DNA of 64,000 nucleotides from a virus: IMG/VR virus record IMGVR_UViG_2531839362_000002, positions 93 to 64,092 of that record; one strand, 5' to 3'. Shown piece by piece: positions 60,130 to 64,000 of this stretch (position 1 is its first letter; each line of letters starts with the position of its first letter). The notes under the pieces were generated by a model. It saw only the letters and a program-made list of their open reading frames with translations, ran no database searches and was not told where the DNA came from. The position numbers and the translations under genes were made by a program.

Positions 60130-60304
60130 TAGATTCACCTGCCTTTTTAAAAAGAGCATTTAAACATACAAACCTATTCTCAATTAATCGACGCTGCTTT
60201 TTATTTGGTAATTTATAATGAGCTAGTAGTCTAAGATAATCTGATACTTTTACATTGTTGTAATCAATTGTAAACATCATTAATCCATCCTTTCCTCTGC
60301 CCAT
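60119..60304 (-). CDS. Hypothetical phage protein
   Basis: Coupled ORF; true start probably MMFTIDY. Confidence 0.55.
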   Translation of the reverse strand: MGRGKDGLMMFTIDYNNVKVSDYLRLLAHYKLPNKKQRRLIENRFVCLNALFKKAGESSGD

Positions 60305-60546
60305 TCAACTAAAAATGCTTGTACTTGTTTTGCTGGGAAATACCATTTCTTACCCACTTTGAATTTTGGGAACCTTGGGTCAAAGAAGAACTGATCCTGA
60401 ATTGTATTCCACGACATACATACACGTTTTTTAAGTTCCTTAGTATCCCAAAATGCTAACTCAGCATCGTACTCTTTAACCTTCTTTTGAATTTCTTCCA
60501 CACATAATTCCTTCACAACATTTTCGTCTATTTGAACATTGAACAT
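60280..60546 (-). CDS. Excisionase-like DNA-binding protein
   Basis: WDTKELKKRVCMSWNTIQ...FPKFKVGKKWYFP wHTH pattern. Confidence 0.65.
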   Translation of the reverse strand: MFNVQIDENVVKELCVEEIQKKVKEYDAELAFWDTKELKKRVCMSWNTIQDQFFFDPRFPKFKVGKKWYFPAKQVQAFLVEWAEERMD

Positions 60547-60654
60547 AATTATTCCCTCCTTATTTTTAAAACATTGGTCTCCAACTGTTTATAAAATGCA
60601 ATCATTTTCCATGAAGAATTACTGAGAACGCAATTTTGCGTTTTCTAAAATCTT

Positions 60655-61362
60655 TCAAATCATTGGCCTCCAGCCATTTACAAAATTCAAGGCTTCCTCG
60701 AAATCCTTCTTCAAAATATCGCGGTAACTATTCACATTGAATGCATCTTTCAAATTACGTCCTAATAATCCGAATAGCTTGCGAGTAGAATCATGTACTT
60801 CTCTATCTACATGACCGTTCTCCCATAAAAAATAAATCCGTTTAGCTTTCGTTTTTTCAATTACTCTTTGTTGTCCGTAATCTACAGTTAATTGCTTTTC
60901 AACTACCTGCTCTAATGCAGAAATTCTTTTATTTAAGTTACTAGTTCCTGCTGCTATCAACTCGATTTGTCCAAATGTATCCCCAGGAATTCGCATCCTT
61001 TTTTCAATGTGTTCTTTCATTCTTTTAAACTCTCGTAAAAACTCTACTTTCATTTTCATTGCCTCTAGAGTCACATAGGACATTGCAACAATTGCAAATG
61101 CATCTTCTGTTAATAGGTATTTTTTATACCATTGTTTGTTTTGAGGATGTTGGTAATGGGTCTGCCCAAAGTTGGACTCACCCCAGGTTAGCTCTCCTGC
61201 TTCTTTTAATTTCTCTAGCTGTACTTCAATATCACGTACAACATGTTTATGTTCTTTCTCAAACATTTTAGCGATTGTCAAACTATCAGTTACTACCTGC
61301 CCATCATTTTCAAAAACTAAAGTATTATGCACCATTTCATTCACTACTGATAATTGATTCAT
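60655..61362 (-). CDS. Rha-family antirepressor with ORF6C domain
   Basis: VVTDSLTIAKMFEKEHKHVVRDI, YLLTEDAF, FNVNSYRDI. Confidence 0.88.
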   Translation of the reverse strand: MNQLSVVNEMVHNTLVFENDGQVVTDSLTIAKMFEKEHKHVVRDIEVQLEKLKEAGELTWGESNFGQTHYQHPQNKQWYKKYLLTEDAFAIVAMSYVTLEAMKMKVEFLREFKRMKEHIEKRMRIPGDTFGQIELIAAGTSNLNKRISALEQVVEKQLTVDYGQQRVIEKTKAKRIYFLWENGHVDREVHDSTRKLFGLLGRNLKDAFNVNSYRDILKKDFEEALNFVNGWRPMI

Positions 61363-61615
61363 GATAAACCTTCTCTCCATTACCTTTTGGCAATACATCA
61401 ACAAAAATAAAAAACTTGCAAAAATCCTCACTATTAAAAGCCTTTAAAAGTTGGGCTATAAAGCTATTTCCAGGTTGTCTATCCCCATTAAATACTCGAT
61501 AAACCGTTGGGGGTGAAACCTCCATACGCTTTGCTAAATCGTAGTTTGACCAGCCTCTTAATTCCATCTCTTTTAGGACCGAATCTTTCTTCAAAGCAAT
61601 TCTCATTTTTATCAC
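61337..61615 (-). CDS. Cro-like XRE regulator
   Basis: GWSNYDLAKRMEVSPPTVYRVFNG. Confidence 0.82.
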   Translation of the reverse strand: MIKMRIALKKDSVLKEMELRGWSNYDLAKRMEVSPPTVYRVFNGDRQPGNSFIAQLLKAFNSEDFCKFFIFVDVLPKGNGEKVYHESIISSE

Positions 61616-61718
61616 CTCTCAGTTGCCTTATGGCAATATTAACACCAGTGTTGCCAAAAAGCAACACTTTTTATATAACAAATAAATTTATTACCTTGTG
61701 GCAATAGCCAAAAGGCAA
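61380..61718. promoter_or_regulatory. Immunity operators, consensus TTGCC-N4-GGCAA
   Basis: Sites at 61380-61393, 61623-61636, 61651-61664, 61691-61704 and 61705-61718. Confidence 0.75.
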
Positions 61719-61748
61719 TATACTTTAAATTACATTGGAGGGATAGCT

Positions 61749-62213
61749 ATGAATAATACTTTTGGTGAAAAATTAAAGGAGCTACGGGTAAACAAAGGAT
61801 TAACAGTTAATCAACTTGCCCTTTACTCGGATGTTAGCTCCTCTCAAATATCTCGTATTGAAAATGGAAAGCGAGGAATTCCGAAACCTGAGACAATAAA
61901 AAAACTTGCAGAAGCTCTTCAAGTACACTACGAAGAACTTATGGAAGCTGCTGGTTATGTTGAGAAGAATAATGAGACTACTCCAAAACCAATACCTCCT
62001 TTATCCGAAAAGGATGAATTAGATATCGCCAAACGAATGGATGAAATAAAAAAGGATCTTCAAAATCAGGATGGCCTAATGTTCTCCGGTGAGCCTATGA
62101 GTGAAGAAGCCGTAGAATCTTTATTAGATGCAATGGAATACATCGTGAAACAAACTAAAGTAATCAATAAAAAATACGTTCCTAAGAAATATCGTAATAC
62201 CGACGATAACTGA
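61749..62213 (+). CDS. ImmR-like XRE prophage repressor
   Basis: GEKLKELR...SSSQISRIENGKR; followed by immA. Confidence 0.88.
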   Translation: MNNTFGEKLKELRVNKGLTVNQLALYSDVSSSQISRIENGKRGIPKPETIKKLAEALQVHYEELMEAAGYVEKNNETTPKPIPPLSEKDELDIAKRMDEIKKDLQNQDGLMFSGEPMSEEAVESLLDAMEYIVKQTKVINKKYVPKKYRNTDDN

Positions 62214-62235
62214 TGCGAGCTTAGGAGGGAAAACA

Positions 62236-62664
62236 TTGAAATTCGTCATAAGAGATCTAGTCCAACAACTTTGCACAAAATACAACACGAATAACCCCTA
62301 TGAGCTTGCAGATTGTTTAAAAATAAATGTACTAACTTGGGAATTACATGAAGAAATAAACGGATTTTATAAATATGAAAAAAGAAATCGTTTCATCGTT
62401 ATTAATAATCATTTGTCTCCATCTATGCAAAGAACTGTTTGCGCGCATGAATTAGGACATGCAATCCTACACACTCATGCAAACACACCTTTTCTGCGTA
62501 AGAATACATTCTTTTCAGTTGATAAATTAGAGATAGAAGCAAATACGTTTGCTGCGCTTTTGTTAATTGATAAAAAGACCATTCAACCTGGTGATACAAA
62601 AGCATGTATAGCATACAAAAATAACATTCCAATTGAACTGTTAGAATTTTATAAGCCTTACTAA
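62236..62664 (+). CDS. immA: ImmA/IrrE-family metallopeptidase antirepressor
   Basis: CAHELGHAILH, EIEANTFAA. Confidence 0.9.
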   Translation: MKFVIRDLVQQLCTKYNTNNPYELADCLKINVLTWELHEEINGFYKYEKRNRFIVINNHLSPSMQRTVCAHELGHAILHTHANTPFLRKNTFFSVDKLEIEANTFAALLLIDKKTIQPGDTKACIAYKNNIPIELLEFYKPY

Positions 62665-62680
62665 AAGGAGGTGAGACATT

Positions 62681-62836
62681 TTGATTATTGATTTAAACGC
62701 TGAACGAGAAAAACGAAAGAAATCCACCGTCAAACAAGAAGAAATGATTAAGATACCTATCGTTACAAAAATCTATACAGTAGATGATGAAATAAAATAT
62801 GAAGTTTCGGGTTATAAAGAGACTCCTGTGAAGTGA
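62681..62836 (+). CDS. Small hypothetical protein (51 aa)
   Basis: AGGAGGTG RBS, TTG start: MIIDLNAEREKRKK... Confidence 0.6.
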   Translation: MIIDLNAEREKRKKSTVKQEEMIKIPIVTKIYTVDDEIKYEVSGYKETPVK

Positions 62837-62889
62837 TTGGATGAGTAATCTAGCCACTTTACAATTATAAGGAAAGAGGGAATGTTATA

Positions 62890-64000
62890 ATGGCGAGCTT
62901 CAGAAAATTCGGAGATGTTTGGGAATTCCGAGTAAGGTTTAAAGACCCTTATACTCAAAAATACAAAGAAAAATCAAAACGTGGATTTAAGACGAAAAAA
63001 GAAGCACAACTTGCGGCTGCTGAAGAAGAGAAAAAATTATTAAACGGTTTAGAAGTTGAAATTACTCCTACTTCGTTAAAGCATTACCTTAGAGACTGGT
63101 TAAAATTATTTAAGCAAGACAATGTAAGGAAAAACACTTTTATCTTGCATGAACGTAACATCGAAAAACATCTTATCCCCTACTTTCAAAACATGAACCT
63201 AAAAGAACTCAAACCAATGATGTATCAAAAATTTATTAACTCCTTAACTGATCAGGGGTACAGTAAACGAACTGTTCAAATTATCCATGGCACAATGAAC
63301 AATGCTATGAAAAAGGCTGTTAGCTTAAAAAAAATCGAAAATAATCCTTGTGAAGAAGTAGTTATTTCAAATAAGAACAAAAAAGAAAGAGAAGGACTAA
63401 AGTATATGCGAAGTGAAGACATTACCCTTTTCCTAAAGACTTCTTATCAATACAACTATATTTATTACATCTTTTTCAAAGCACTTCTGAATACTGGTAT
63501 GCGTAAAGGTGAAGCTGCTGCTTTACAATGGAAAGACATAAATTTAAAAGAACATACTATTACTATTTCTAAAACATTGGATTTTACAGCTAAAACAACA
63601 GAAGAATTATTTGGAGATACAAAAACATTTACTTCTAAACGTACTATCATGATTCCTAAAACATTAGTCGATGAATTGCTGGCACATAAAAAATGGCAAA
63701 ATGCTAATAAGCTTGTTTTACAAGATGCATATGAACATGAATTAGATTTAGTCTTTTCAAGAGTAGATGGAAATTTCTTGCCGAAGTCAACATTATTCAA
63801 TGCATTCTCACGCATACTTAAGAAAGCAAATTTACCTAAATTAGAAATACATTCATTACGACACACCCACGCGGTTCTTTTATTAGAGTCTGGTGCAAGT
63901 ATGAAATACATTCAAGATCGACTAGGACATAAGAGTATAGAAATAACTGCTAACGTTTACTCTCATATTAGCGACAAAATTAATAAGGATTCTATTTCAG
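62890..64000 (+). CDS. int: Tyrosine integrase (runs off the right edge)
   Basis: Hand translation MASFRKFGDVWEFRVRF...; TGMRKGE, HSLRHTHA, RLGH, T-VYSH; not in the ORF track because it is truncated. Confidence 0.93.
   Translation, partial: MASFRKFGDVWEFRVRFKDPYTQKYKEKSKRGFKTKKEAQLAAAEEEKKLLNGLEVEITPTSLKHYLRDWLKLFKQDNVRKNTFILHERNIEKHLIPYFQNMNLKELKPMMYQKFINSLTDQGYSKRTVQIIHGTMNNAMKKAVSLKKIENNPCEEVVISNKNKKEREGLKYMRSEDITLFLKTSYQYNYIYYIFFKALLNTGMRKGEAAALQWKDINLKEHTITISKTLDFTAKTTEELFGDTKTFTSKRTIMIPKTLVDELLAHKKWQNANKLVLQDAYEHELDLVFSRVDGNFLPKSTLFNAFSRILKKANLPKLEIHSLRHTHAVLLLESGASMKYIQDRLGHKSIEITANVYSHISDKINKDSIS

Larger units (their letters stand above)
9022..64000. mobile_element. Temperate siphoviral prophage (HK97-type head) integrated at the glnA 3' end; right end outside the window
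   Basis: Complete lysis-tail-head-packaging-replication-immunity-integrase gene order. Confidence 0.95.

Noticed and set aside
1-64000. tRNA, rRNA, CRISPR arrays, IS transposases, arbitrium (aimR/aimP), PlcR or LexA boxes
   Set aside because: None recognised by eye; a motif or covariance scan was not possible, so weak sites cannot be excluded

Overview
Bacillus cereus-group chromosome, inferred from the GlnA C-terminus and the phage gene families. Most genes lie on the minus strand. Bases 1-649 are the start of a capsule/EPS chain-length gene. About 916-8980 is an integrase-less, structure-less prophage relic. It keeps an S24 repressor, cro, a frameshifted Rha, a replication initiator, a late activator, a holin and three different peptidoglycan hydrolases that share one near-identical cell-wall-binding tail. 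From about 9022 to beyond 64000 lies a large HK97-type siphoviral prophage integrated at the 3' end of glnA. The displaced glnA tail is at 9022-9082, an older decayed copy is at 916-975, and the tyrosine integrase runs off the right edge. The prophage carries complete lysis, tail, head, packaging, replication and immunity modules. It also has a 260-nt ORF-less group I intron splitting the tape-measure gene, a -1 frameshift tail chaperone and two free-standing HNH homing endonucleases. Its accessory load is dense: Panacea antitoxin plus a 602-aa membrane protein, a PD-(D/E)xK nuclease, a T7SS LXG toxin/immunity cassette, a KAP NTPase, a Septu-like pair with an extra HNH-like domain, a HEPN protein, RloAB and a RosmerTA-like pair. 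It also holds three paralogous cassettes built as operator / small membrane toxin / antisense RNA / 2-TM protein / DNA-binding regulator, whose toxin genes the ORF track missed. All family assignments come from motif recognition by eye; no database searches were run.
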